Positions 1-9,035 of a stretch of 64,000 nt of DNA are shown one piece after another. Each line of letters starts with the position of its first letter. The first letter of the stretch is position 1. The stretch spans positions 1 through 64,000 of the IMG/VR virus record IMGVR_UViG_2562617158_000001. One strand, 5' to 3'. Position numbers and translations under genes: made by a program. Below the pieces are notes generated by a model. The model saw only the letters and a program-made list of their open reading frames with translations, had not been told where the DNA came from and searched no databases. Origin of the DNA: a virus. Its lineage: Duplodnaviria > Caudoviricetes.

Positions 1-408
1 TTAGTCTCCTTTGTACATCTTGACACAGAACGCCATAAACTTTTCCGTGACAGTGAAATAGTCAGCCAAGTCCCACAATGAGATATGGCCTTGTTTGACT
101 GCATCGTCTAAATCACGCTCTGGGACAAGGTAATGCCCTGCCCAGACCATAGCCTTGTGCTCTGTCTTGTCCATGAATATACGATCGGCATAGCAATGAC
201 ATACCGTAGCATTCCCGACAGATGTGAAATGATGTCCAAGTTCTTCTGCAAAAACTGAACGTCTTTCCGCGAGTGTTTCGATGTCTTTCGCAATCCCTAT
301 CATCTTGAGTCTACCGTCATCAATGTATATCCCTCGCAATGGATAGGGGAAGTCTGCGGGCTGTACGATGATATGCTCATTCTTTGCCAGTTCCATCATT
401 TTCTTCAT
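1..408 (-). CDS. ImmA/IrrE-family metallopeptidase (anti-repressor protease)
   Basis: FAEELGHHFT (HExxH-like variant), E..A..WA..YL helix; directly downstream of an XRE repressor as in ImmR/ImmA pairs. Confidence 0.8.
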   Translation of the reverse strand: MKKMMELAKNEHIIVQPADFPYPLRGIYIDDGRLKMIGIAKDIETLAERRSVFAEELGHHFTSVGNATVCHCYADRIFMDKTEHKAMVWAGHYLVPERDLDDAVKQGHISLWDLADYFTVTEKFMAFCVKMYKGD

Positions 409-703
409 ACTTCAGTTTCTGCTCTCTATAGAATTTCTCGACAGCTAATTGTAATTCTGGCGGTAACGACGTACCCTTCTCATTGTGTGCTGCGACAGTC
501 ATGTCGGTCCCCATGAGGTAGTCAGCAGACACTCCAAAGTAATCACTGAGGATACGGATACTCTTCCAACTCGGATTCGAGTCTGCTCTTTCGCATTTAT
601 TGATGGTCATCCAACTCAGTGGCGTCCCATGTCTCTCAAGGTCAGCCGCAAGTTCTCTCAAGCCTAATCCCTTGGCTTCTCGTAACATTTTGATGCGATT
701 CAT
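377..703 (-). CDS. XRE-family HTH repressor (CI/ImmR-like)
   Basis: NRIKMLREAKGLGLRELA...INKCERADSNPS...LSDYFGVSADYLMG; start set at ATG 703 using AGGAGG at 711-716. Confidence 0.85.
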   Translation of the reverse strand: MNRIKMLREAKGLGLRELAADLERHGTPLSWMTINKCERADSNPSWKSIRILSDYFGVSADYLMGTDMTVAAHNEKGTSLPPELQLAVEKFYREQKLKYEENDGTGKE

Positions 704-723
704 AAAAAATCCTCCTAACCCTG

Positions 724-764
724 TTGACAACGATGGTTATACGACGTATAATAATACTTGTCAA
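724..764. promoter_or_regulatory. Overlapping divergent sigma70 promoters with central palindromic operator (lysis/lysogeny switch)
   Basis: + strand TTGACA(724-729)-17-TATAAT(747-752); - strand TTGACA(764-759)-17-TATAAC(741-736); perfect palindrome TTATACG-A-CGTATAA at 737-751. Confidence 0.85.
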
Positions 765-871
765 GCGACAAGAGAGGTTGTCAACAACAATCATATAACG
801 GTTTATATTATGATTGTACCATAGATAACTCCACTTGTCACAGAATTGCCTAGTTTCAAGGAGGAATTTTT

Positions 872-1477
872 ATGGCAAACATTATCAACAAGTCGTTCAA
901 CGCTGCTGTATCCCCACAGGGTAAAGCAATGTGGGCGAAAATCAACTCTCGCGTTGACGAGTATGAGGGCAAGAAGAAATACAGCGTTGATGTTGTGTTC
1001 AACAAAGATGGCGAGCAGAAGATGCTCAAGATCATCAACGATGCACTCAACGAAGCCAAGAACAGTCCAGAGTACACTGGTAAGGTCTGGCGCAATGACA
1101 CGGAGCGTCTTAGCTACCACAATGAAACCGACAAGGATGGCAACGAGACTGGTAATCTGATTTTCCATTTCCAGACCAAGGCTTACATGCGTGACCGTGA
1201 GACTGGAGAGGAAGTCCAGAAAATCATCCCTGTGTTCTCCAATGAAGAGAAACGCAAACTGAACAAGGACGAGTCCATCGGCAACGGTTCGATGGTTCGC
1301 ATCAAGTTCACACCGAGTGCCTACTGGATGAACAAGTCATCCAATGGTATCAACCTTTATCTCTCGAAGATTGTCGTAGATAAATGGGTGAAGTTCGGCG
1401 GAGGTGATGATGACTTCAGTGAGTTCGGTATTGGTACAGATGATGCTTTCCTGTCCGAAGATGATATTCCTATCTGA
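872..1477 (+). CDS. Single-stranded DNA-binding protein, T7 gp2.5-like
   Basis: KYSVDV..., IGNGSMVRIKF, GINLYL motifs; acidic C-terminal tail ending in a hydrophobic residue. Confidence 0.75.
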   Translation: MANIINKSFNAAVSPQGKAMWAKINSRVDEYEGKKKYSVDVVFNKDGEQKMLKIINDALNEAKNSPEYTGKVWRNDTERLSYHNETDKDGNETGNLIFHFQTKAYMRDRETGEEVQKIIPVFSNEEKRKLNKDESIGNGSMVRIKFTPSAYWMNKSSNGINLYLSKIVVDKWVKFGGGDDDFSEFGIGTDDAFLSEDDIPI

Positions 1478-1541
1478 TTGATGATTGGGGAGCATGAGAA
1501 AAATCTTGTGCTCCCTTTTACTTTACCCAAAAGGAGAAACC

Positions 1542-2096
1542 ATGAAGATTTACCATTTAGATTCATTTCAACTTCGTGCTGTAGCACTGGATGACGATAT
1601 CTATTTCGTCGGAAAAGACCTTGCCAAAATCCTTGGATACAAGAATGAGCGCGATGCAATCCGTAATCATGTACGGAAACACAATAAAGAGACATGTGCT
1701 ATCCCTGATGACCGTGGGGTATTGCAGCAGACCAATTGCATCTCCGTAGAAGGTGCATTGGAACTTATCAATACGTGCCGCAGTACACAGTGGGTTCCCA
1801 TGGTACGTAACTGGTTTAACTCAAAAGTATTACCAGATGCCGTGAGATACCGTCAGGCACTCAGAGTTGAGGACGAATATAACTACTGGATGACTCCTGT
1901 ATATACCTACAAGGACATCCTGAAGCGGCTCGACGTAAACACTAATGTGTTATCCGATTTCCTTATGAATCATAATTTCATGGACACAAACTTCCATTTG
2001 ATGAACAAGGGGATTTTCATTGACAACCATAAGTTCACACGAGTTGGCTATGAGTTCATCAAAGAGATGATGAAAGCGGAGGGATTCAAGAAATGA
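1542..2096 (+). CDS. Bro-N domain antirepressor-like protein
   Basis: YFVGKDLAKILGYKN..DAIRNHV; RBS AAGGAG before ATG 1542. Confidence 0.8.
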   Translation: MKIYHLDSFQLRAVALDDDIYFVGKDLAKILGYKNERDAIRNHVRKHNKETCAIPDDRGVLQQTNCISVEGALELINTCRSTQWVPMVRNWFNSKVLPDAVRYRQALRVEDEYNYWMTPVYTYKDILKRLDVNTNVLSDFLMNHNFMDTNFHLMNKGIFIDNHKFTRVGYEFIKEMMKAEGFKK

Positions 2097-2257
2097 ACTA
2101 TGAGCACCTTGCAATAGAACTCAAGGGAATGGCACAGATTGTCTATGCGATTGCCGAGTCTCCGTTTGAGAATCCAGAAGCATTAGTGTTCATCAGTGAA
2201 CACCTTGATGCCATTGCAAAGATCGTGGAGGATGACGTGAAGAATGGACGAGTATAA
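2093..2257 (+). CDS. Hypothetical protein (54 aa, not in ORF track)
   Basis: ATGA-type overlaps with both neighbours; MNYEHLAIELKG...KNGRV. Confidence 0.55.
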   Translation: MNYEHLAIELKGMAQIVYAIAESPFENPEALVFISEHLDAIAKIVEDDVKNGRV

Positions 2258-2462
2258 AATTCTTAAGAAGAAAATCCTTGAGCTATCGAGAACCATTGAC
2301 TCTCAGAATGATGCACTGAATCTCGCAGCAAAAGAGTACAGGAATGCAGCTCTATGCTCTAAGTGTAAAATGGAAAAGGTTTGCAGAAATGTAGATTTTC
2401 CAGAGTGTTATATTTCATGTGAAGATGTCATAAAGTGTCACTGGATGCATGATATGGAGTGA
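2244..2462 (+). CDS. Hypothetical protein with Cys cluster
   Basis: Tightly packed in operon; CSKC..VC..EC..C. Confidence 0.6.
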   Translation: MDEYKILKKKILELSRTIDSQNDALNLAAKEYRNAALCSKCKMEKVCRNVDFPECYISCEDVIKCHWMHDME

Positions 2463-2469
2463 ATATAAA

Positions 2470-2943
2470 ATGGATATGGTATTTGCAAATCGACTCAAAG
2501 AGGTACGAGAGCGTTCTGGGATGAAGCGCAAGGAAGTCGCTGAGAAATTAGGGATTACCATGCAGGCTTATACGTGTTATGAATATGGCAGACGAGAGCC
2601 TAGACTCAGTAACCTCATTAAATTATCCAAAATCTTCGATATACCAGTTGATGTGTTATGTTCGCCTTATCCCGTAGACATGACAATCGACAGTTGCTCG
2701 GATTTCATCAATTCGATTGACGGTTGCGGCATCGAGAGAATGACTGATAATCCCAATAATTACCTTGTGACTATTCCGTATTCTCCTGAGTATTCCCTTG
2801 ATTTAGTAATGCCAAGAGAAGATGTAATCTCTATGTGCCAGAGTGTAAACGGTTCTAAGACGGCATTTGTGAGGGCATTCAAGAATAGGTACTTAATGTG
2901 TGCAGCTAAATATGCCACTACAAACAAGGTTCTTTATTGGTAA
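2470..2943 (+). CDS. XRE-family HTH transcriptional regulator
   Basis: FANRLKEVRERSGMKRKEVAEKLGITMQAYTCYEYGRREP. Confidence 0.85.
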   Translation: MDMVFANRLKEVRERSGMKRKEVAEKLGITMQAYTCYEYGRREPRLSNLIKLSKIFDIPVDVLCSPYPVDMTIDSCSDFINSIDGCGIERMTDNPNNYLVTIPYSPEYSLDLVMPREDVISMCQSVNGSKTAFVRAFKNRYLMCAAKYATTNKVLYW

Positions 2944-2956
2944 GGAGGAAACATAA

Positions 2957-3706
2957 ATGAATGACCTGGTAATTTCTGAGATTGCAAACGAGTGTGTGTT
3001 GGACAGCCGTAGAGTGGCAGAGATGATTGGTAAAACACATGCACATCTTTGCCGTGATATTGATGGATACATCGCCGTCATGAGTCAAAATCCAAAATTG
3101 GATTCTGATAAATTCTTCATCAAGCAGACCTATACGGCAGGCACAGGCAAGCAGTACAAGCGTTACGACATTACCAAGATGGGATGCGAGATGGTTGCCA
3201 ATAAACTCACAGGACAGAAGGGTATCATGTTTACGGCAAAGTACGTAGAAATCTTCAATAAGATGGCAGAGCAAATCATTGAGGAGCGAACGGACTCCTA
3301 TATGATTACCGATCCTGTAAAGCGTGCCAAGAAATGGATTGAAGAGGAGACGGAGCGCCAGAAGCTCCGCGCTGAGAATAAGGAGATGCTGCCGAAAGCA
3401 CAGTTCTATGACACGGTTGCTAATACAGAGTCCTTGTTCTCCATGGCTGATGTTGCCAAAACATTAGATATGGGCATTGGACGCAACAAGCTCTTTGCAT
3501 TTCTCCGTAACAAGGGTATCCTTGATAAGGACAATCACCCATATCAGAAATATGTCGATGCAGGATACTTGAGACTCGTTGAGGATCATTGCAAGGCAGG
3601 GGATAACGACGTTGTATACAAATGTACCTATGTCAAACAGAAGGGCATTGATTATATCCGTAAGATTCTCTTGAAGGAGCGTGAACTCAATGAAATCGTG
3701 GAGTGA
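2957..3706 (+). CDS. Rha-family / KilA-C (ANT) phage antirepressor
   Basis: Rha N-term (LDSRRVAEMIGK.H..L.RDI; ITKMGCEMVANKLTG.KG); KilA-C C-term (PKAQFYD, DVAKTLDMGIGRNKLFAFLR, PYQKYVD.GY). Confidence 0.85.
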   Translation: MNDLVISEIANECVLDSRRVAEMIGKTHAHLCRDIDGYIAVMSQNPKLDSDKFFIKQTYTAGTGKQYKRYDITKMGCEMVANKLTGQKGIMFTAKYVEIFNKMAEQIIEERTDSYMITDPVKRAKKWIEEETERQKLRAENKEMLPKAQFYDTVANTESLFSMADVAKTLDMGIGRNKLFAFLRNKGILDKDNHPYQKYVDAGYLRLVEDHCKAGDNDVVYKCTYVKQKGIDYIRKILLKERELNEIVE

Positions 3707-3995
3707 TTGCAATAAGCCACACAGGCTGACACTAGAATACATGAGGTCTCAGCATATCAATGGATTTACCAATGGTAGACCAACAAAGAGCTTCTTCAAA
3801 CTCTACAATTTCTTCAAAAAGCAGCCATTGGAAGTCTTGAATCTGCTCCATGAATTCCTGGAGACGAAACCAAGAAAAAATATGAACATGTCACAGCTTT
3901 TCTATGAAGCTCGCAACTGGAACACGGGGACTAAGGTAGCCAAGATTACCAAGACAAACGAAACAGATTACTTTGCACTACTCAAGGAGATGTAA
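3690..3995 (+). CDS. Hypothetical protein
   Basis: RBS GAAGGAG; overlaps upstream stop. Confidence 0.6.
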   Translation: MKSWSDCNKPHRLTLEYMRSQHINGFTNGRPTKSFFKLYNFFKKQPLEVLNLLHEFLETKPRKNMNMSQLFYEARNWNTGTKVAKITKTNETDYFALLKEM

Positions 3996-3998
3996 TTT

Positions 3999-4169
3999 AT
4001 GACAGACAATAAACTCAAACGATTCCAGATTATCATGAATAGACGCAGAAACATGAATGGTAGATTCAAAGAGATTGCTCCACACCATGCTAGGGAAAAT
4101 CTCAAGGTGGTTGCTAAGAGGGTTGCCGAGGAAAATGCCAAGCACAAGAAGGAGAAGAAACATGAATAA
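3999..4169 (+). CDS. Hypothetical basic protein (56 aa, not in ORF track)
   Basis: Fills gap; RBS AAGGAG; MTDNKLKRFQII...KKHE. Confidence 0.5.
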   Translation: MTDNKLKRFQIIMNRRRNMNGRFKEIAPHHARENLKVVAKRVAEENAKHKKEKKHE

Positions 4170-4452
4170 CGAGTATAAAGACATCATCAAGAAGTGCTTC
4201 CCAACCATGAGAGACGATGACCTTGAAGCGGTATTCGACGTAGCAAAGATTGCTGAGAAACGTTTCAACATGTGTGCCGATTTCCGCAGCGCTGTCGAGG
4301 AGCACCTTAAAGATAAGGGGTATTCAAAGAAAAAGCTCAAGGACTTCATAGAGCTGTATGATGCAGTGTTTGCCATTGGTAACTCAACTGGCGCAACCAT
4401 GTTCGCCCTTGCTACCGATACTGTAAAAACAAACCATTTATTTGACTTCTAA
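4162..4452 (+). CDS. Hypothetical protein
   Basis: RBS AAGGAG before ATG 4162 (MNNEYKDIIK). Confidence 0.6.
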   Translation: MNNEYKDIIKKCFPTMRDDDLEAVFDVAKIAEKRFNMCADFRSAVEEHLKDKGYSKKKLKDFIELYDAVFAIGNSTGATMFALATDTVKTNHLFDF

Positions 4453-4466
4453 GGGGTGGTGATTGT

Positions 4467-4865
4467 ATTAAGCAGGGAATCATATTAGCCGCAGGACTGT
4501 TACTCTCCATGGCTTCACCGTTAGCAAACGCATCGGTATTGCATCCAGACTACGTGGAGAGCGTGGAAATTAAAGCAGTCCAAGAATTGGCACAGGACCA
4601 AACACGGATTGTCCAAGGGAATGTCAGTGCCTATACAGGGGGATACGTTATGGCAAATGGTGAACGCCCTCATGTAGGAGCCGTAGCAAACGATGTGTTG
4701 CCGTTCGGAACCGTTGTGAAAATCAATGGGCGAGAATACGTAGTCAAGGATCGTTTCGGTGGTAACTATGGCATTGAACGTTTTGATATCTACATGGACG
4801 ATGAATCATCCTGTTGGGACTTTGGCAGACAGTATGTTGACGTAGAAATAGTAGGAGGAATCTGA
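4467..4865 (+). CDS. 3D (Asp-Asp-Asp) domain cell-wall protein, probably secreted
   Basis: VSAYTG...MANG...GAVA.D.LPFGTVVKI..YVVKDRFGG...RFDIYM; frame open upstream of ATG 4509 through a signal-peptide-like stretch, so start is uncertain. Confidence 0.75.
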   Translation: MKQGIILAAGLLLSMASPLANASVLHPDYVESVEIKAVQELAQDQTRIVQGNVSAYTGGYVMANGERPHVGAVANDVLPFGTVVKINGREYVVKDRFGGNYGIERFDIYMDDESSCWDFGRQYVDVEIVGGI

Positions 4866-5273
4866 ATGGACGAAATCATTAAACTCTTTGGTGTAGCATA
4901 TGGTGAGCATTTTCTTCTCAATGACCGTGGTGGCGAATTCTTCTTTACGCCAAGTGCATTGAAACGTGTATTTAATGGCGTGACAACGGATGACCCCAGA
5001 ACGCTCATGGATATGCTTGCAAAGAGATGTACATTGGACGATGTGTATGACAACGTAGGCTATGGGGATGACTTCTGGTATATCGAGCACATCAATGGCA
5101 AAGACTACGTGCGCAAAGATGTATTTGACATTTACGATCCTGTATGTCTCTCGCTGTATAAGTCGAATAACGTGTTCAAGACCCAGAAAGCTGCATCGCG
5201 CAATATTGAGAGAGTCAAGAAAGAACTCAATGATTTCTACAATGATTCCGTAAGGGGCTATGGCGATGAGTAA
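4866..5273 (+). CDS. Hypothetical protein
   Basis: In operon; RBS AGGAGG. Confidence 0.65.
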   Translation: MDEIIKLFGVAYGEHFLLNDRGGEFFFTPSALKRVFNGVTTDDPRTLMDMLAKRCTLDDVYDNVGYGDDFWYIEHINGKDYVRKDVFDIYDPVCLSLYKSNNVFKTQKAASRNIERVKKELNDFYNDSVRGYGDE

Positions 5274-7287
5274 TATCATTTCATCGTTGAACCGTAGAAG
5301 TCTCGTTGAGTACGTCAGTGACGCAGTATTGCAATCCGATGGAACGTATCGCTGTGTATGTCCATTCCATGCAGGCGCAACGAATCCTACAAGTTTTGCG
5401 ATATTCCCCAATACAAATACATTTTACTGTTTCTCATGCCATGCACAGGGTAAGGGTGTTATCTCCTATGTACAGCATCGTGACTCCTGTACGTACATGC
5501 AGGCCGTAAAGACTCTGTGTGATGACTTTGGACTCACCATTGATTCTGATGACTCGTTCAATACTCACATGGATATTGTACAGAGGAATGAAGCATGGGC
5601 AAAGGGGATGCAGCGGAATCTCCCTGTCATCTACAAGTATCTCAAGAACCGAGGATTCACAGACGAGACCATCAAGCTCTACGGATTTGGATATAGCACC
5701 AAGAATCAGGTGTTGTCCATTCCAATGCGTGATGAGTTTGGACGTTGTGTAGCATTTCTGTATCGTCACTTTGATGGCGGAGCTAAGTATAAGAACTCCA
5801 AGAACGTTCCTGGGCTGTTTGTCAAAGGTGAATTCCTGTATGGCATCAACGAGACCATCAAGAATCTACGGAACACCAAGAGTATCGTGCTCTGTGAGGG
5901 TTCATTGGACGCTGCTAGTGCAACACAACAGGGACTCTGTTGTATGGCCTACTGTGGCATCAGTATTACACGAAGCCATGCGGATAAGGTCACGGAGATT
6001 CTACGGCCTATCAAGGGTGGCAAGGTAATCCTTGTGCCGGACAACGATGGGAAAGCATCAAAGTTTGTATTGCGTGCGCGTGAAATCTTCCGTAAATACC
6101 ATCCGCAGACTGTCGTGAAGGTCGCTGTCATCCCAGATGGCAACAAGGACCTCAATGACATGCTCGTGAATGGTCTCGATATTGCCGAGAATTGTACATA
6201 CGAGTCGTTGGATTACTACTGTGCTAAAGAGGTTATCAAAGGTGAGTCTGACCCAGAAGTTCAGGAGAAGCTTATTGTTGAGTACATGAAGTCCGTGTCT
6301 AATCCTGTAGTTCGCGCAGATATTGCAGAGTATCTGGCCAAGGTATGGAACAGGGATGTCACTCTTGTACGTGAGCTGCTGTCCGTAAAAGAGGACACCA
6401 TTGACGAGAAGCTCAAGGACTTTGTTACGGTAGAACAGGCATATACTGCACTGGACAAGATGGAAGAGGGTAAGGCTATCACTACGGGATTCATGAATGT
6501 CGACGATGCTATCACCATGATTAAGACAGATGTAACTATGATTGCCGGATATTCGTTCTCTGGTAAGACCAGTACAACGTGCCAGATGATTCTCAATTGG
6601 TGTATCAAGCAGAAACTGAAGGTTTTATTTTTCTCATTGGAAATGCCCAGGCAGCGTGTCATGCAGGTTCTTGTTGCACAAATCATGGGTATTCCAAGGC
6701 ATAAGGTGCTGAACTTCATTCATGAGCACAGGGACACCTATCAGACAATCAGCGACAAGCTGTCGGACTACCTGTATATCATTGACCGCAATGACTTGTC
6801 CATTGATGACATTGAGTCGTACCTGAAGATTGCCAATACACACATTGGGCAGATTGATGTTGTCATCGTTGACTATTTTGGTTATCTCCGTCATACAGAC
6901 ACGGTTGAGGAACAGGAGTCTACGGCAAAGAAGATGAAAGCCATTGCCAAGCGCAACAATATCCTCTTTGTCATGCTCTCACAGCTCAACAAGGCGTCCC
7001 AGAACAAAGACAAGGGGCGCATCCCAGAGCCGACAATGAATGACATCAAAGGGGCTGGAGGACAGGGAGCATCCGCAGATACCATACTGCTGCTATGGAA
7101 AGCCGATGTGGACACGAGTCTTTCCCCGATTGACAGGGAGAAAAACCGTAACATCTCCTATATCAAAGTGGGCAAAGCTCGTGAGAGCAAGAATGGCAAC
7201 ACCATATTCAAGATGCGGTATGACCCTGCAACATCCAAGGTGTCCGAAGTGGTTGACGAGAATTTTCTAGGAGTGAGTAAAGAATGA
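5260..7287 (+). CDS. Primase-helicase fusion (CHC2 zinc finger + TOPRIM + DnaB-like helicase)
   Basis: CVCPFH..CFSC zinc finger; LCEGSLDA and LVPDND TOPRIM; AGYSFSGKT Walker A, FFSLEM, VIVDYF, MLSQLN, IKGAG. Confidence 0.92.
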   Translation: MAMSNIISSLNRRSLVEYVSDAVLQSDGTYRCVCPFHAGATNPTSFAIFPNTNTFYCFSCHAQGKGVISYVQHRDSCTYMQAVKTLCDDFGLTIDSDDSFNTHMDIVQRNEAWAKGMQRNLPVIYKYLKNRGFTDETIKLYGFGYSTKNQVLSIPMRDEFGRCVAFLYRHFDGGAKYKNSKNVPGLFVKGEFLYGINETIKNLRNTKSIVLCEGSLDAASATQQGLCCMAYCGISITRSHADKVTEILRPIKGGKVILVPDNDGKASKFVLRAREIFRKYHPQTVVKVAVIPDGNKDLNDMLVNGLDIAENCTYESLDYYCAKEVIKGESDPEVQEKLIVEYMKSVSNPVVRADIAEYLAKVWNRDVTLVRELLSVKEDTIDEKLKDFVTVEQAYTALDKMEEGKAITTGFMNVDDAITMIKTDVTMIAGYSFSGKTSTTCQMILNWCIKQKLKVLFFSLEMPRQRVMQVLVAQIMGIPRHKVLNFIHEHRDTYQTISDKLSDYLYIIDRNDLSIDDIESYLKIANTHIGQIDVVIVDYFGYLRHTDTVEEQESTAKKMKAIAKRNNILFVMLSQLNKASQNKDKGRIPEPTMNDIKGAGGQGASADTILLLWKADVDTSLSPIDREKNRNISYIKVGKARESKNGNTIFKMRYDPATSKVSEVVDENFLGVSKE

Positions 7288-7469
7288 TTAGTGGATTCAA
7301 GGATTTTTGGCGTAAGTATCCCCAGAAGCGTGCAAAGCTCATTTTTTGTCTTTTCCCTGTGAGTATCATTTACATCACACATATCGTCGGTTGGCTTTTT
7401 ACATGGTTCTCCGATGCACTCGATGAAGGTACGAGGAAGTGGTTGTGGAAATGATTTTTGATATTTTCA

Positions 7470-7498
7470 TTGACAACGATAGTTATACGATGTATAAT
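7470..7498 (+). promoter_or_regulatory. Consensus sigma70 promoter with copy of the switch operator
   Basis: TTGACA-17-TATAAT containing TTATACGATGTATAA (7483-7497); near-identical to 724-752; followed by GAAAGGAGG RBS. Confidence 0.85.
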
Positions 7499-7528
7499 TG
7501 TAGATGTCAGCTGAAAGGAGGAAGTTGA

Positions 7529-8428
7529 ATGCCAGCAATAGGATTCAGATGCCCTAATGGAGACACCGTGAAATTCAATGAATGCCTGAATGGCAACTGT
7601 GGCCATCGGTGTATGGCATTACCTGCACTGAATGCAGCAGAGAAGTCAACGCACCATTGGTACGGGAAGTTCAGTGTAACAACGTTGCTCAAGCCAACCC
7701 GTATGGTATATCTCGAACATCTTCGTGACTACTATGTAGACCCGTTAGGTGGCATAGCTGCTATGATAGGTACGAATAGCCACAAGGCGTTCGAGGATTC
7801 GTCTCCAGATGGTTGGATGACAGAACATCGAATGACCGATGACATCACAAGCGGTGCATTTGATGCCTACGACATTAAGAATCAGGTGCTATGGGATTTT
7901 AAGTTTTTCCGTAGTGCAAGAATCGCAAGGTGTCTGGGAATGAAGCCAAGATGGACGAAGAAAGTGGTGACAAGGGGAAAATACAAAGGACAGGAGCGAT
8001 GGGAACAGGTATGGGAGCCAGGTGGTGTCCGTGAAGTCATGGATATTGCCCTACAGCTCAACTACTATCGCTATATGATGGAAAACGAAGGATTACCTGT
8101 AAAAGCCATTCGTGTCAATATGTTCCTGCGTAGTTCAGTCGATGCAGAAGCCAAGAAGATGGGACTGGATAAGCCAAGTTACATTGTACCTATCAATTTC
8201 ATCTCACTGAAATGGGTGCGGCTGTACTTTGAGACAAAGAATAGAATGTTGCAGGAAGCCCTTGAGTCAGACAAGTGTCCCCCACCATGCTCCTCGACGG
8301 AACGATGGAACAGCAGCAAGAGTTTCCCAAACAGGCGATGTGCTCTCTGGTGTAGCGTGAACGAACAGTGTGATTTCTATAAGACGCATTGGTGTGGCAA
8401 TCATAACAAGGGGATGGATACAGAGTGA
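7529..8428 (+). CDS. PD-(D/E)XK exonuclease, Cas4/RecB-like
   Basis: GTNSH, SGAFD...WDFKF, QLNYY motifs; N- and C-terminal Cys (RC..WC..C). Confidence 0.8.
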   Translation: MPAIGFRCPNGDTVKFNECLNGNCGHRCMALPALNAAEKSTHHWYGKFSVTTLLKPTRMVYLEHLRDYYVDPLGGIAAMIGTNSHKAFEDSSPDGWMTEHRMTDDITSGAFDAYDIKNQVLWDFKFFRSARIARCLGMKPRWTKKVVTRGKYKGQERWEQVWEPGGVREVMDIALQLNYYRYMMENEGLPVKAIRVNMFLRSSVDAEAKKMGLDKPSYIVPINFISLKWVRLYFETKNRMLQEALESDKCPPPCSSTERWNSSKSFPNRRCALWCSVNEQCDFYKTHWCGNHNKGMDTE

Positions 8429-8607
8429 CACAACAGGAAGTATACGACATGGCGTGTAAAATCAAGCAGTATTGCGATAAACGGACATGGAGCAAAGAGG
8501 ACCCATGTGAGAATTGTCCGTTGAGTGTTGAGTTCCTGTTTGCGAACAAAACAACTCACTGGGGCTGCGCATTGCATGACACGCCGGATACGTGGGAAAT
8601 AGATTGA
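8425..8607 (+). CDS. Small Cys-containing hypothetical protein
   Basis: Overlaps upstream stop; YC..PCENCP..GC. Confidence 0.6.
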   Translation: MTQQEVYDMACKIKQYCDKRTWSKEDPCENCPLSVEFLFANKTTHWGCALHDTPDTWEID

Positions 8608-8665
8608 TTAACTATGTCTTGATTGACAACGATAGTTTTCAATGACAATTTTGGGGTGATACCAT

Positions 8666-8833
8666 ATGGACGAGGATAGCTCGTATAAGAACGACGTGGA
8701 CTATCCATGTCAATACTGTGATAGAGATTGCGACACATGGGAAGCTAGGTATTGCTGCACGCTATGCGAATGGTTATGCGGAGGAGTTCCGTCAGAATCA
8801 TGTTGTGATGATTGTGATCCTGAAGATATCTAA
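8666..8833 (+). CDS. Small acidic Cys-rich protein (55 aa, 10 Cys; not in ORF track)
   Basis: RBS GGGGTGA; MDEDSSYKNDVDYPCQYCDRDCDTWEARYCCTLCEWLCGGVPSESCCDDCDPEDI. Confidence 0.65.
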   Translation: MDEDSSYKNDVDYPCQYCDRDCDTWEARYCCTLCEWLCGGVPSESCCDDCDPEDI

Positions 8834-8843
8834 GGAGGTAGTC

Positions 8844-9035
8844 ATGTTTAATATCGGAGACAAGGTAATTATCAAGTATCGTCCACCACTCTATATGAAG
8901 GGATACATTGACTATGCATTGCCCGTCGGAGTGATTGTGTCTGACTTTGGCAATGGTGTTTATGGAGTAGGACTGAATACTGGCGATGAATACATCTTTG
9001 ATAAAGACCAACTGAAATTGGAGAAAAAAGAATGA
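8844..9035 (+). CDS. Hypothetical protein (KOW/SH3-like beta fold)
   Basis: RBS AAGGAGG; MFNIGDKVII...GVIV...YGV. Confidence 0.6.
   Translation: MFNIGDKVIIKYRPPLYMKGYIDYALPVGVIVSDFGNGVYGVGLNTGDEYIFDKDQLKLEKKE

Noticed and set aside
7529-8428. Cas4-like nuclease as evidence of a CRISPR-Cas system
   Set aside because: No repeat-spacer array or other cas genes seen; stand-alone Cas4-like exonucleases are common in phage replication modules
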